A stretch of 64,000 nucleotides of DNA from Octopus sinensis (lineage: Eukaryota): the NCBI RefSeq assembly GCF_006345805.1, contig NW_021835996.1, positions 455,585 to 519,584 of the forward strand. Direction: 5' to 3'. Position 1 is the first letter of the stretch; each line of letters begins with the position of its first letter. The translations under genes were made by a program, and so were the position numbers. Positions 27,180-38,868 of the stretch are shown here, one piece after another. The notes beneath the pieces are model-generated. The model had not been told where the DNA came from. It saw nothing but the letters and a program-made list of their open reading frames with translations, and made no database searches.

Positions 27180-28220
27180 AGGAGTCGAGATGTGGACTTC
27201 AGGCCTTCGAGGCACACCCTTCCCCTTCGACACTTAGGAGGTTGGTGATCCATAGTTTGAGTTTCGACGGATATTCAGTTTGGAATATCTTCCTTGATAG
27301 GAGCTTCTTCGAGACAGATTTGAATACTTTATGGATGTCTACAAAGCAAAGCACGGTCTTTTGGTGCCTCGATTTGCTTGCAAAACCAGAAGGAATCAAT
27401 TCCGTCAATGACTGTTATGATGAAGACGTGGCCTTTGCCTTCTTGAACCTATGTTGAAAAGGCCTTTCGGATAAAAACTCTCCTATTCTTGCAAAAACCA
27501 TCTTTTCCTGGATTTTTGTTATGGAACATAACAGAGAAACCAGCCTGAAAGATGCCGGATCGACTCTTGGTCTTCCAGTATCGGCCTTATTAGTGTCTTT
27601 TTTTATAATGACGGAATCACAATATGGTTGATTGAATAGTTTAAGATAGATTTTAGAAACGTGACAAATTCGACACCGTAGTCGATTCGAGGGAAGAAAA
27701 ACGTAAAATTTCATCAGGTGACGTAGGCCTATCAGTCACTCTGAGTGGAGTCATTGTGTTCCTCGATGGATCGTTTGTTAAGGAGTCCAATTGGTAAAGT
27801 AAAAGTTTCCCTCTCGTATCTGCCGACTGAGTTGACAGCCAAAGGGGATGTTTTGCATTCAGGTCCCCGCATAAGATGACCGCATTGACGGTGCCAGGTT
27901 AGAGAGAGTTGGGAGGCTATAGCTTTTCAGACAAGAACCGAAGGATGGAACGTACATATTGACCAGCCATATTCGTTCCTTTGTTGTGCCAAGCGAGATC
28001 CCAATTATCTCGGATACCTCGTCAGCTTCGATAAGATTTCTCAGTTCTGCGGAGACATCTGTGTATTTCAAGTTGTTTCTGATTAGAGTGAGCACACCAC
28101 CGCCTCCGTTTGCTTTGCCGTCCAGCCTGATAGCTCTGTAGCCTGGGAAAGCGGGCGTATGATCGTTAGGAGATAGTTTGGTTTCTTGTATCATGGCCAA
28201 GTTGGTTCTCAGGTTTGTCA
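27180..28220 (-). mobile_element. Jockey/I-like LINE (APE + partial RT), internally deleted
   Basis: AMIQETKL, RLDGKANGGGGVLTLIR, NMYVP, DPASFRLVSLLCSITKIQEKMV and VDIHKVFKSV. Confidence 0.85.
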
Positions 28221-28539
28221 GTAGATTTCAAAGTAAATAATCATCCGGAAAAAGGAACATTCAATTTAATAGACATAATCGGAGTAAATAATTATTAAAC
28301 CCAGTCTGTGGCAGGTCTTTAATATTATCTAAACTTTTCCCGTTTTTACAAGATATGATAGAATTTAAGTTGATGTCATCCTAACTTAAATATGACTGAC
28401 GCCGAGTCAACACTCTTTACATCTGCTGACATTTCACTTCAATTCCTTTTTTAGAAGGTGGATAAAGTTTTCATAAAAGCCCAACACTATTTTTTTGTTC
28501 GTGATGCAGTTGTGTGTTAATAAAGGATTAATAAATAAA

Positions 28540-28880
28540 GAATTCGATAGTTGTTATTCTCTGTGGTGCTAGAAGACGAAAAATGCATAGAAATGCTAAA
28601 TCTTATTAGAGATGATTTTTAGAAACTAAAATTGACCTGCTTAAATCTAACTTTTCAAAAAAAACCGTAACTTGTCAAAACATGCAATCATTTCCCATTT
28701 CAAATTTTACTTAAAAAAGGAAAAAAGAAAAATTCTTTTAATTATTGACCAATTCCCATCACACAAAATGTTAATCAAATTGAATTTATTAAAATTCTTC
28801 TTCTCCCAAAGACCTCTTTTGATTGGAGTGAATGTTCAAATCAAAAATTTTCTTTGTGAGGGACCTTCTCGAAACTGAAT
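28540..28880 (+). mobile_element. pogo/Tigger-type DDE transposase remnant
   Basis: KEKRKILLIIDQFPSHK...LLKFFF resembles the DDE_1 motif RKILLLxDNxxxH...FLP. Confidence 0.55.
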
Positions 28881-29085
28881 TAGATTTTAGGGCGCGAAAA
28901 ATACAAGATCGCACTGGTATCAACTTTCTTGAATAATGGATAATTGAGTGTAAGCAATTGCCATCCAGTAAATTATTTTAACAAGTTTCACATGAATATC
29001 GACCTATTTTTTGAAAGCTATACAGTTTTAAAAATTGTAATTGGTTATGGAATCGACTTATCGTCGATACCTTGCTTTGATATCA

Positions 29086-29268
29086 TTAAGGCATTTCCTC
29101 TGAGTCAGAAAAGAAGTTTGCATTTGAATCACCACATATCAGTAGATTCCTTTTTTTGAATTCCAAGTCTAAAAAAATTTGGGGAGTAAAAAATTCCAAG
29201 TAGGATCTTATTGGGAGAATATATTTATTGTGTAAAGTGAGAGAAACTAGACAAGAGATTCGAGGCAT
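29086..29268 (-). mobile_element. Degenerate LINE AP-endonuclease remnant
   Basis: NLLICGDSNAN is similar to the APE GDxN motif. Confidence 0.4.
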
Positions 29269-29416
29269 AGACTGTGACGACTTGATATGAATTCGAGTAT
29301 TTTATAATTATGATTTAATAGAGAATGAATAAATAATTATTAATATTATAAATCAGAAAGTATAATTACTTAGGAAAAACGCGTTTCAATTCGAGAGTTA
29401 GGTGGTTTTAAATAGA

Positions 29417-31217
29417 ATGTCTTCTGTCAAGTTAATAAATCCCAAAGCAGAGGTAGCGCGTGCTTCTCAAGCACTCTCGATAATAACAGAAGCCGCTAAT
29501 GGACTAAAGGAGCTACTAAAAACAAATTTGGGGCCTCATGGAACTATAAAAATGTAATTATTGGAAAATATTCCTAGGCTTGTGTCAGGAGCTGGGGATA
29601 TAAAAATTACGAAGGATGGAAAGTGTCTAATGCACGAAATGGTAACAATGAGCTTTAAAACATGTTTAGCAAATAAGTAATCCGATCTGTTCGTTGATTG
29701 GTCGAGCCGTGACCGCGCAAGATGATATTTTGGGTGATGGAACAACCTCTACTGTATTGCTTATCTGCGAATTAGTACAACAAGCAGGAATCTTTATAAG
29801 AGAGGTTGTCACGAGATAGTAACTGTAGGGTGTTCACCCTCAGTTGATTACAGATGGATTCAGATTGGCGAGAGATATGCTATTAGAGGATTTAGAGAGG
29901 TTTGCAGTGAGGAAAGATATTGACCGAACGTTACTGGTGAAAGTGGCCAAGACAGCATTGATGACCAAATTGTACGGCGATATGAGCCTGGCAGAAGTTA
30001 ATATTTATGATTCATTGATAGAACATTGTTGATTCAGTGCTGGCAATTAAGACTACTGAGATCGACTTGCACATGATCGAGATTATGGAAATGATGCATC
30101 AAACCGATTGTGACAGTAATCTGGTCCACGGAATTGTCCTTGACCATGGCGCTAGACATCCTGATATGCCTAAGAGAGCTACCAATGCTTATATTCTTAG
30201 CTGTAATGTCTCGATGGAGTACGAAAAAAGGTTCTTGATTGCTCATATTGTTAGCGAGGTCAATTCTGGTTTCTTTTATCAAACCTCAGAGCAGAGGGAT
30301 AAATTAGTGATTGGCGAGAGGCAGTTCTGCGATGAAAATGTTAAAAAAGTGATTGAACTAAAGAAGAGTCTTTGCAATGAGGGAAATGGATTTGTCCTTA
30401 TTAACCAGAAGGTGTGTTTGAATATTAATTAGCAGGGTATTGACCCAATCTCATTGGATGCGTTAGCAAGACATGGAATTATTGCTCTGAGACGGGCGAA
30501 GAGGAGGAATATGGAGAGAATTCCCCTTGCATGTGGAGGATTTACTGTTAATTCGTTCGACCAGCTGTCCAAAGATTGTCTCGGTTTTGCAGGAAATGTT
30601 TATGAAACGAGTTTGGGAGAAGATAAGTTTACATTCCTCGAAGACTGCAATAATCCTCGTTCTGTCACTATACTCCTTAAAGGACAAAATAAGCACACAC
30701 TCAACCAGCTAAAGGATGCTGTGCGGGATGGACTACGTGCTGTCAAAAATACTTTTGATGATAGTTTATAATCTTATATTATGTGTAGATTCTCTTGTTC
30801 CTGGTGCTGCTGCTTTTGAAGTACGTGGGTCTCATCTTTTATCCAGAGCAAATGTTATTGGAATGGAGAAGTGCGGTTGTCCAATATTATTTATTTACAG
30901 GAGTTGAGGTTTTTGCTAAGGCATTGGATGTGATACCAAAGACATTGGCCTCTAATGCTGGACATGACCCCCACCAATCGCTGGCAGCCTTAAAGGACTC
31001 GACTCTCTCTTACGTGGGACTAGACCTGGCTACCGGTGGAGTGATGGATCCTGTTCGTGAAGGAGTGTTCGATAATACTTGTGTTAAGGCACATTCGATA
31101 TCTTCTGCGTATCTAATTTTATTTTTCCTCAGATGTGTTATGGCCTCTAACTTGCTTCAAGTGGATGAGATCATGCGTGCGGGGATATCATCAGTAAAGT
31201 CAGGATTGACCAACTAA
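29417..31217 (+). CDS. CCT6: T-complex protein 1 subunit zeta (CCT-zeta), 10 exons
   Basis: [15 protein letters not shown]...[26 protein letters not shown]...GDGTTS...[11 protein letters not shown]...[12 protein letters not shown]...VDEIMRAG. Introns 29554-29577, 29642-29669, 29805-29828, 29997-30021, 30231-30254, 30412-30435, 30764-30788, 30876-30900, 31109-31132. Confidence 0.97.
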
Positions 31218-31759
31218 CTGACATTTTGTTTTCGGATTTGTTATTACGGTTATTTCTCAATTGCACATGGTCTATTCTCTTTACTTCATTAGTTGTTAAA
31301 TTAAATAATTTATATGGGAATTAGAGAGACCTTCCTCAAACTATTAAAATAAATCTATAGCTACCTCATCTCAACTGCAGTCTTTGAGCTTGCAATACTA
31401 ATAAAGTTGTTTATACAAGTAGTCGAAAGACTTTAACTTTAAAGACTCACTAGTGCTGTAAAAAAGAATTTCCTCATTACGATGCTACTTTATTTTCCTT
31501 GCATGGCCCGTTCTTCTCCTGGTACAGGGTTCTTCACATTTTTATCTTTGAAACAATCGTTCAAACTCACCTGTACTGAGACTTGGACGTCCATTTTTTT
31601 GCAAAATGTAAATTTTCCGCGTTTTTAGTAAGACAGTTCTTATGGATGTACTTTTTGCGAAACTATACAAGTAATTTAAATTTAGCTGATTAATAAGATG
31701 AAGAAATAATTCAGAAAGAATACAAAATGCTTTAATTAAATCGGAGACACATCTTTCCA

Positions 31760-32720
31760 CATTAACCCAGTTTATAATGGAAGTTTTTGCAACTAGACCT
31801 CATCTCAAATCAATTGTATGCTCACTCGATCTTCAAAAAATATTCGGCCTATCGATCGACTCGAACATAAAACTCTGGCATTCGAATTTCCACAGCAGAA
31901 GGAGAGGGCGTGTATACCTGAATGGAATCAAATCAATCTCAAGATTACTTCCAAATGGAGTTCCCCAAGGATCCCCCTCTCTCCTGCTCTATTCAATTTA
32001 TACCTATCCGACATTTCTAAGCCTGAAATGGAAGACTCATTCATTTTCGCCTACGCTGACGACCTACTCATTGGATCACGTGATCAAGACCTCTCGAAAG
32101 CTTCCAAAAGAACACAAGATCTCTTATTACAAATTCGAACTTGGCTATATCAAAACAGGATGAACATCTCCCCCGAAAAATCGTCCACTACCGTATTTAC
32201 GTCGGACAAGAGACTTTGAAGCCGTTCCGTTGATCTTTTTCTGGAAAACGAAAAGATCCCATTCACGAAGAACCCTAAAATTCTGGGGGTCACTTTTGAC
32301 ACCCACATGTGTTTTACTGCCCATTTAGAAAAGGCCATCGGATCCAGTCAGGGAAAAATTGGACTAATCAAATCGATTTTTGGCGGACTAAAGACACCGT
32401 TCTCGGCTCTCGGCACTCTCTACAAACAATTCATCGAGCCAACAATTGGCTATGCCTGCGCCGCATGGGGAATTAATCTCTCATGGTCTAACTGCCTTAC
32501 AATTGTGACTACACTATGCTGACCGCGGCTAGCATTACGAAAATTTCCAACTTGGACAACATTATCCCAACTCCGCTTGACCACCTTATTAAGAAAGACG
32601 GAAAGGGTTTCTTGACCATCCAACCACCTGCCAAAAGACCTTAACAACCAGAAGCACATCACCCCGATTCAATTCCTCACAAATTACGGACTTTATCAAA
32701 AACAACGGGCTCTCATTAAT
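31760..32720 (+). mobile_element. Jockey/I-like LINE RT fragment, frameshifted
   Basis: SLDLQKIF, NGVPQGS, LSPALFNLYLSD, FAYADDLLI, KILGVTFD and LYKQFIEPTIGYACAAW. Confidence 0.85.
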
Positions 32721-33441
32721 CAATGTATCAATAAAGAATGTCAAAAGCTGCTCTGACTGGTTGGTTATCAAGATGGTCGAATGCAACGTATTTCACGACT
32801 ATTCATATTGCTGAAAGATTTGAATATAGGTGTACAAACCTCAAAGGATTGGCTTTGAGAAAGAAAATCTTTTTCCCAGAACTGAAATACTATATTGTCT
32901 ATTAGCGAATATAAAGGGATCATTATGAAAATCACTGAACAAGCAGCAAAAAAACTGTGATTCATTTGGCAATCTAACGTGAGAAAATGCTTAATAGCGA
33001 TTAAGTCAGAAAATACAACGATGTTGTTACGTAAATTTACTTGCATCCCTATTAGAAATTATGTAATCAACAAAGTGAAAAAATTATACCAGTTCAGTCA
33101 ATTACAAAACGTTAAAATGCACGTTAATTCTTCAATAATAACAAAGTAAAAACTGGAGATGGGAATTCTAGTGCGAAGAGGCGATCTGTGACGTATGGCG
33201 CTGTGACAACAATGAATAGATGATTAAGTCTTTAGTCAAAATACAAAAGAAGGAAAAGTTATTTAACTAAATATGCCTCAATCTAGTTAACTTATATTTT
33301 GATAATAGTAAGACCACAATTAATTGTTTCTAATGTATCTATTCAAAATATTGTCATTCTTGTTGTCTAGCGAATAAATTTATTGTAAGAATATTCAATA
33401 TAGCCTCAAATAATAAATCTATAGTTGATAAAATCAAAATA

Positions 33442-33913
33442 TCAGAATAACAAATGACGACGTCCTTTTATTTCGAATGTGCGCCGGCCAAATCTGCTGA
33501 GAGGAGGAAGGGTAGTTGATTTATAAGCATTGATACTATTATAACAAAAGAAAATACCCAGAAACTGCTTTTGGCAACATTCCATTATTATTAAGAAATA
33601 TATCCTTAATGTTCCTTTATTTAAAAAAACATGCATACTCCCTTTTCTTTGGCTTTAGTATTCTGTTTTGGTACGGAGTTTCTTGGTCTAACAATATAAA
33701 AAACGAACAATTATTAACTAAACGAACGTTTATCGCCCACAATTTTCCTCGTTGTATAGCCTTTGGTTGATACAAGCTGGCACTTGAGTGCTACTTATTT
33801 GCATCTTTACTTTGCTAACCTGAATTTTCGCATCTAAGTTCTCTTATTTCTTCTTTTAGTCCATTAATTATTTGTTCATAATAATCCATCATTATACTCG
33901 ATTTAGTTGTCAT
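33442..33913 (-). CDS. Putative orphan protein (~118 aa, 4 micro-introns) with short N-terminal coiled coil
   Basis: Four GT-AG introns (29, ~40, 24, 22 nt) join into one open frame: MTTKSSIMMDYYEQIINGLKEEIRELRCENSALKCQLVSTKG...KSTTLPPLSRFGRRTFEIKGRRHLLF*. No family recognised. Confidence 0.6.
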
Positions 33914-34426
33914 ACATGAAAATGTATCGTATCATTAAAAAATGTATTATCAATTTAAAAAAACAAATTTTTATGTAATGACTAAATCCAGTAAAATTAA
34001 TTAAAGTAGAGAGATATCTTATCCAGATAATATTGGTTCCATCATCCTCCTTTTCGCCTCCAATCCGCCTCTTTCTGCCAGACTCATGGGCCGGGATAAA
34101 GCGTCCATGTCCTAGATAGGTTCCATCGATGTCTTGTCGTGGCTACTCCCTCCTTTCAGTCGCTTAGCTGTGATTCACCGCGGTAGCTGCATGCTATTTT
34201 ATGTCTGTTAATCACGATGGTCTGGACATAGGCACAAGTTGAATTGTCGCATTTTAGAGAGTTTTGATGATGTTTGCAAAATTTAGATCCTACTCCATCA
34301 CATGTGAGAACCAGTGACACGACGATCACCCTTTCATTTTGAATTAACTTCAATTTGCTTGCCAAGATTTTGTATTTATGTAATTTCTCGACTTACATAT
34401 GAAATATTTTGAAATATTGTTTTACA

Positions 34427-34676
34427 AAACCTGCGGATAAAGCAGAGGACACCAAGAAGAAGAAATATGATAGGCTAACCGATCGTTACGTTTTCCGGCC
34501 GGTTGCTGTCGAAACACTGGGATAGATTGGGAAGGAGTCGTTGTGCTTCCTCAAGTGTATTATACGTCTCAAGACCTTGAGAACACACAATCCTCTGGAG
34601 ACGAGATGGCTCCTCCAGAACGTGTCCCAAGCAATAGTGAGGGGAAACAGGATCGCCATCAGTTCTTCATATTGAC
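34427..34676 (+). mobile_element. CRE-clade 3' fragment (further subfamily)
   Basis: KPADKAEDTKKKKYDRLTDRYVFRPVAVETLG*IG...RWLLQNVSQAIVRGNRIAI. Confidence 0.85.
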
Positions 34677-34699
34677 CTTAACAATCTAGACATATTTGA

Positions 34700-37050
34700 A
34701 CGATTAATTACGAAATATGGACTTACATATTGTTGAAAAGTAATCCAAATGTCAAATGAGCGTAATGATGTTCCGAACTTTGTCGTAGACACAAATGTCC
34801 GATTTATTATTATTGACTTTACTATCCGTCTTGATCGTCGTGTCCACCCGTATTTTGTTGAACAAAACACAAAATTCCCTCTAACTTTGAAGAGGTGTTC
34901 CATTGAGATAACCATCAGGACGATTCACTCAGATCCACGTCCAAATAATCATATACAAATTAAACAAAATCAAGTAAAGGGGCTTTCTTCGTATCTACTC
35001 AATTAAGTAATTTCCTTGCAAACCCTTTAAAACCTTCAATTTGAAGGTTTCCGGAGTTGCAAATTAATACTTTCTACATACGAATTCCTTGATAGTGGCC
35101 ATGTATGTTTTCTTTGATCTGACAGCGTTAAGGATTCCTTCTCTCCTCAAACAATAAGACGCCTTCATATCAATGTCCCGGAGAAATTCAAGAAGCATTC
35201 GCTCGCTTTTATGCTCAACAGAGATCAATCCTCAAGTCGGTCTCTTGGAAGATAGTCTATGTTTGTTCCCAGGTTTCATGTGTATTTGGTGGCGTTTCAA
35301 GACCTTGTGCACATTCTTGTCAATATTTTCAAATTTGCATGGTTCAATATCAATAAGCCCGATGTAGTAGTTACACAACGATAGTGGATGCTCACTGACA
35401 GACTTGAAAAAAATTTCAGAATTCAGTTTCGAATCTGCAAGGCTATTAACTCTCTCCTTGAAAGCATCCGAGATTGAGGTCATCGTATCATTTTCAGAAC
35501 GCTGCTATCCTTGTTTTCCAATACTCCAAGATCCGGAGTTGCAAATTAATACTTTCCACTCACTCTTTTACTGACGCCTGCTCTCGTAAAAACAAACAAT
35601 CCCGTCATGCACCATGGCTTTGCCATTCAACCCTTCAAGATTAGTTGCAGACTTTTCAGCATTTTGCTCCAATCCGGCAACTTGAAAGAATTGATCAACC
35701 TCGGCATCATCCTCATTACAGTGTCTTCCTTCAGAGCAAACACTTTTAGGTCGTCCATAAATAACAAGTTGTCCATAATATCCCCATTTTGTTGATGGAT
35801 ACATTGGTTGAGCAATGCCTGCTCTTTAGCTCCTTGGCATATTCTTCTCGTCCACAATTTATTGTCGCTGATCAAATTGTATGCTTAAATGTAGTCCGTC
35901 AATTTTTGTTCGCACATTTAGTAACAATTTTATATAGATCTTAATAATGGTGTCTTTTCCAAAATCAGCAGTTGTGTCGTCATCACCAGTTACCAGATTA
36001 TACAATAAAATCGAGTCTCACACGGGCTCTTGTTTTACCCAAACACTCTCCTAGAATGAGAAACACTGACTCTGGTCAAACATAAACTGCGTATTTTTCT
36101 TTTTTTCATTGAAGTTCCTGTAGAACTGCTATCGGTTAAGTTCAAAACACATATTGTCTCTCAGGAATTTCTTCCTTGTTTATGGGTCACCAGCTTTTTT
36201 CCACAATTTTTGCCTTATATTCGATGTAGGTGACAACTCTAAACAAGTCTCCTTTTTTGGCCGTCCGGTATCCATATTGGCACAAAGTGTCCCTCAATTC
36301 GTCGCTGAATGATTTACTCGTTTTGTAATTGTTAGTTAGTGGTGTGACCAACTCGAGTTCCTTCCTATGTTTATCAACCTTCGCGTTCATAATTCAGATC
36401 CACTGACTCTTTTACTGACGCCGTGGGTCAGTGGGTCATATGCTCGCTAGCCAGCATAAAGGATGTCAGCAATGTCATTGAGAATAGCCGGTCGATTTGC
36501 TATTATAAATTCCCCAATCGATGAATTTATGCAAGTTAAATTTCTTTATTAAAAAGCTGATAAAGAACTTTGCTGGTTGAAGCCTGCAAATCACGTGGAA
36601 TTAAATTTGCTTGCCCGATTTGTGAATTACACTCAATTAAGCAATTTGTAAAGAGAGAAATTTCAGTTTTGGAAGATATATTTTCTGGGTTATGACCAGA
36701 CAGAAATGAGTCCTCCTTCACTCTACTCCTCTTCACGTTCAATATTGACTTTGTAGCCTGGAACTTTTAATTGAACGTCCGTGTTATATGAGGCGATTCA
36801 TCGCGAGAAATCCTTCAAATCTTTGCTTGCCGGAGAGTACAACTTCTGTTGTCCATTGTATCTTATCAGCATTGGTGACTTGATCGATTACGGCCTGCAA
36901 GATGAGCAGGGCATCATAGCCTACTTGGGGAGCAGGGTTCTGAGATAAGGCAAATTCTTGGGCACTTCATCTACGTTCTCACCGGCTTTTCTTTTTAATT
37001 GATTCGTAGGTTGGCCCTCAGCTAGCGATTCACAGAGCTCAATCCAAACA
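34700..37050 (-). mobile_element. Degenerate, rearranged R4/Dong-like RLE non-LTR retrotransposon
   Basis: Reverse-strand pieces FLRDNMCFELNR*QFYRNF, NLLFMDDLKVFA (RT catalytic loop), IDKNVHKVLKRHQIH and KIRVDTTIKTDSKVNNNKSDICVYDK (RLE PD-region). Confidence 0.7.
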
Positions 37051-37126
37051 TGCACGTACCTCGAGAATTAATAAAATCTTAATTTAAAATAATATTAAAA
37101 TAAAATTTTATTTGAAAAAACTAAAT

Positions 37127-37844
37127 ATGACGTCTCAGTTTTACTGTTGCTATTTGCTTATTTCGCAAAATCAAAAACACAAAGGAAAAGTGTATATCGG
37201 ATTCACCGTAGACCCCATACGTCGTCTTATGCAGCATAATAGGGGAGAACAGTCGGGAGGAGCCCACAAGACTTCTGGGAAAGGACCGTGGTAATGAATC
37301 TATAATAATGGAAACAGGGATATGGCACTGACTATTCACGGTTTCCCTAACGAGATTTCAGCTTTACGAGTAGTTTTTAATTAACGAACAGTAGTTTGAG
37401 TGGGCTTGGCAACACCCCGATCTGTCTCGGACAATTCACATGCGCAAAATTCACAACGAGTCTCCTTTTTTATTTTATGTCCGAGTGGTAAACAGTATTT
37501 TGAAGACTCCTCCGTGGAGTTTTCTAGCACTTTCAATTCAATGGCTGAACCACGAAATGTCAATTCCTATATCTCCTCCCCTACATATGCCAATTCTTTA
37601 TGGTCCAATTTGCATTCCTACTGAAAACTCTTGTGAGATTTGGAATAAATGTAGCACATGTCAGCATTCCATCAATCTTTTGTGTGGAATAGCGTGCAAT
37701 CATTGCTCATCTCAGTTTCACATGTTATGTCTTGCCAAACAACTAATAAATTCCAAACAAGTAATTCCTCTTCTAGGCAATTGCCCAGTTTGTAGAGGAG
37801 ATTTGTGCTGGCCTGTTCTTGTAAAAAAGATATTTTCTTTTTAA
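37127..37844 (+). CDS. SLX1: Structure-specific endonuclease subunit SLX1 (GIY-YIG + C-terminal Cys-rich RING/PHD-like domain)
   Basis: FYCCYLL...[17 protein letters not shown]...GGAHKT..KGPW|[17 protein letters not shown]|FEWAWQHP...CSTC...CNHC...HMLCL...CPVC. Introns 27 and 25 nt. Confidence 0.95.
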
Positions 37845-37899
37845 ATAAATTATTTTTATAAATCGAGCGAGTTTTTAATTTTCTTAGTAAGTATGGAAT

Positions 37900-38860
37900 C
37901 AGATTCTCACAGCCGTGAACCGTATTCGGCACGTGGCCAAGGGCGACGCCACCGAATCGGCTGAAGAATATGATCAAAAAGACGTGAACAACCACATCAA
38001 ATTCTACGTGAAAACAGCGCACAAGGAGCACAGGAAATCGGATTCACTTTTCTCAAACAGAAGTCTAAAGAAATAGCCGTACTTTAAAAGAGGTGGTGGA
38101 TATTTCGCACTCCACAAAAACTTCGTATTCTCACGGCCCGGACAAAATTTCGGTTATTCTATTAAAAAAATCTCGGTGTCGAAGGAGTCACATTTCTAAC
38201 GGCTATCTTCAACTACTCGAACAAACGTAATGTAATTTCGTCACTATGAAAATAGGCTCTGATAAGGCCGATACTGAAACTTGGAAAATCAAGAGACGAC
38301 CCGGCATCTTTTAGGCCTGTTAACCTGTTATGCTCCATTTCAAAAATCCTGGAAAGGATAGTTCTTAGAAAAATAGAAGAGTTTTTTACTCGAAAAACCG
38401 TTTCAACATGGGTTCAAGATGGCAAAGGCCATGTCTTCATATTAACAGGCATTGACGGAATTGATTCTTCTTTGTTTTGCAAACAAACCGAGGCACTAAA
38501 AGACCGTGCTTCGCTCCATAGACTTACACAAAGGCTTCGACTCTGAATCGAGAAGGCTCCTATCAAGGAAGATATTTCGCCGAAACTCAAACTATGAATC
38601 TAAGTGGACGAAGGGGAAGGATGTGCCTCAGAGGACTAAAGTCCACGTCACGACTTCTACCAAACAGAGTATCCCAAGGATCCCCAATATTCCCGGCCCT
38701 TTTCCTGAAGATGTCCGCCTTACCTCGAGAATAATGATATTGTCCTTTCATATGAGGATGACATCGTATTGGCCTCACAGGACCAGGACATCCAGAAGGC
38801 CTTTGAATGGCTCCAAGCTATCTTTGATCGGCTCAACGTATGGCTAACTGATAACTCGCG
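37900..38860 (+). mobile_element. Jockey/I-like LINE RT fragment abutting the satellite
   Basis: SHGPDKISVILLK, DPASFRPVNLLCSISKILERIV, SIDLHKGFDS and YEDDIVL. Same family as 27180-27700. Confidence 0.8.
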
Positions 38861-38868
38861 GTTTACTT

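Noticed and set aside
25150-27180. Possible coding or TE remnants between the satellite island and the LINE
   Set aside because: Only short, motif-less frames. I could not build a spliced gene or assign a TE family.
37127-37294. GIY-YIG ORF as a Penelope or homing endonuclease
   Set aside because: It splices to FEWAWQHP and a Cys-rich C-terminal domain, diagnostic of host SLX1.
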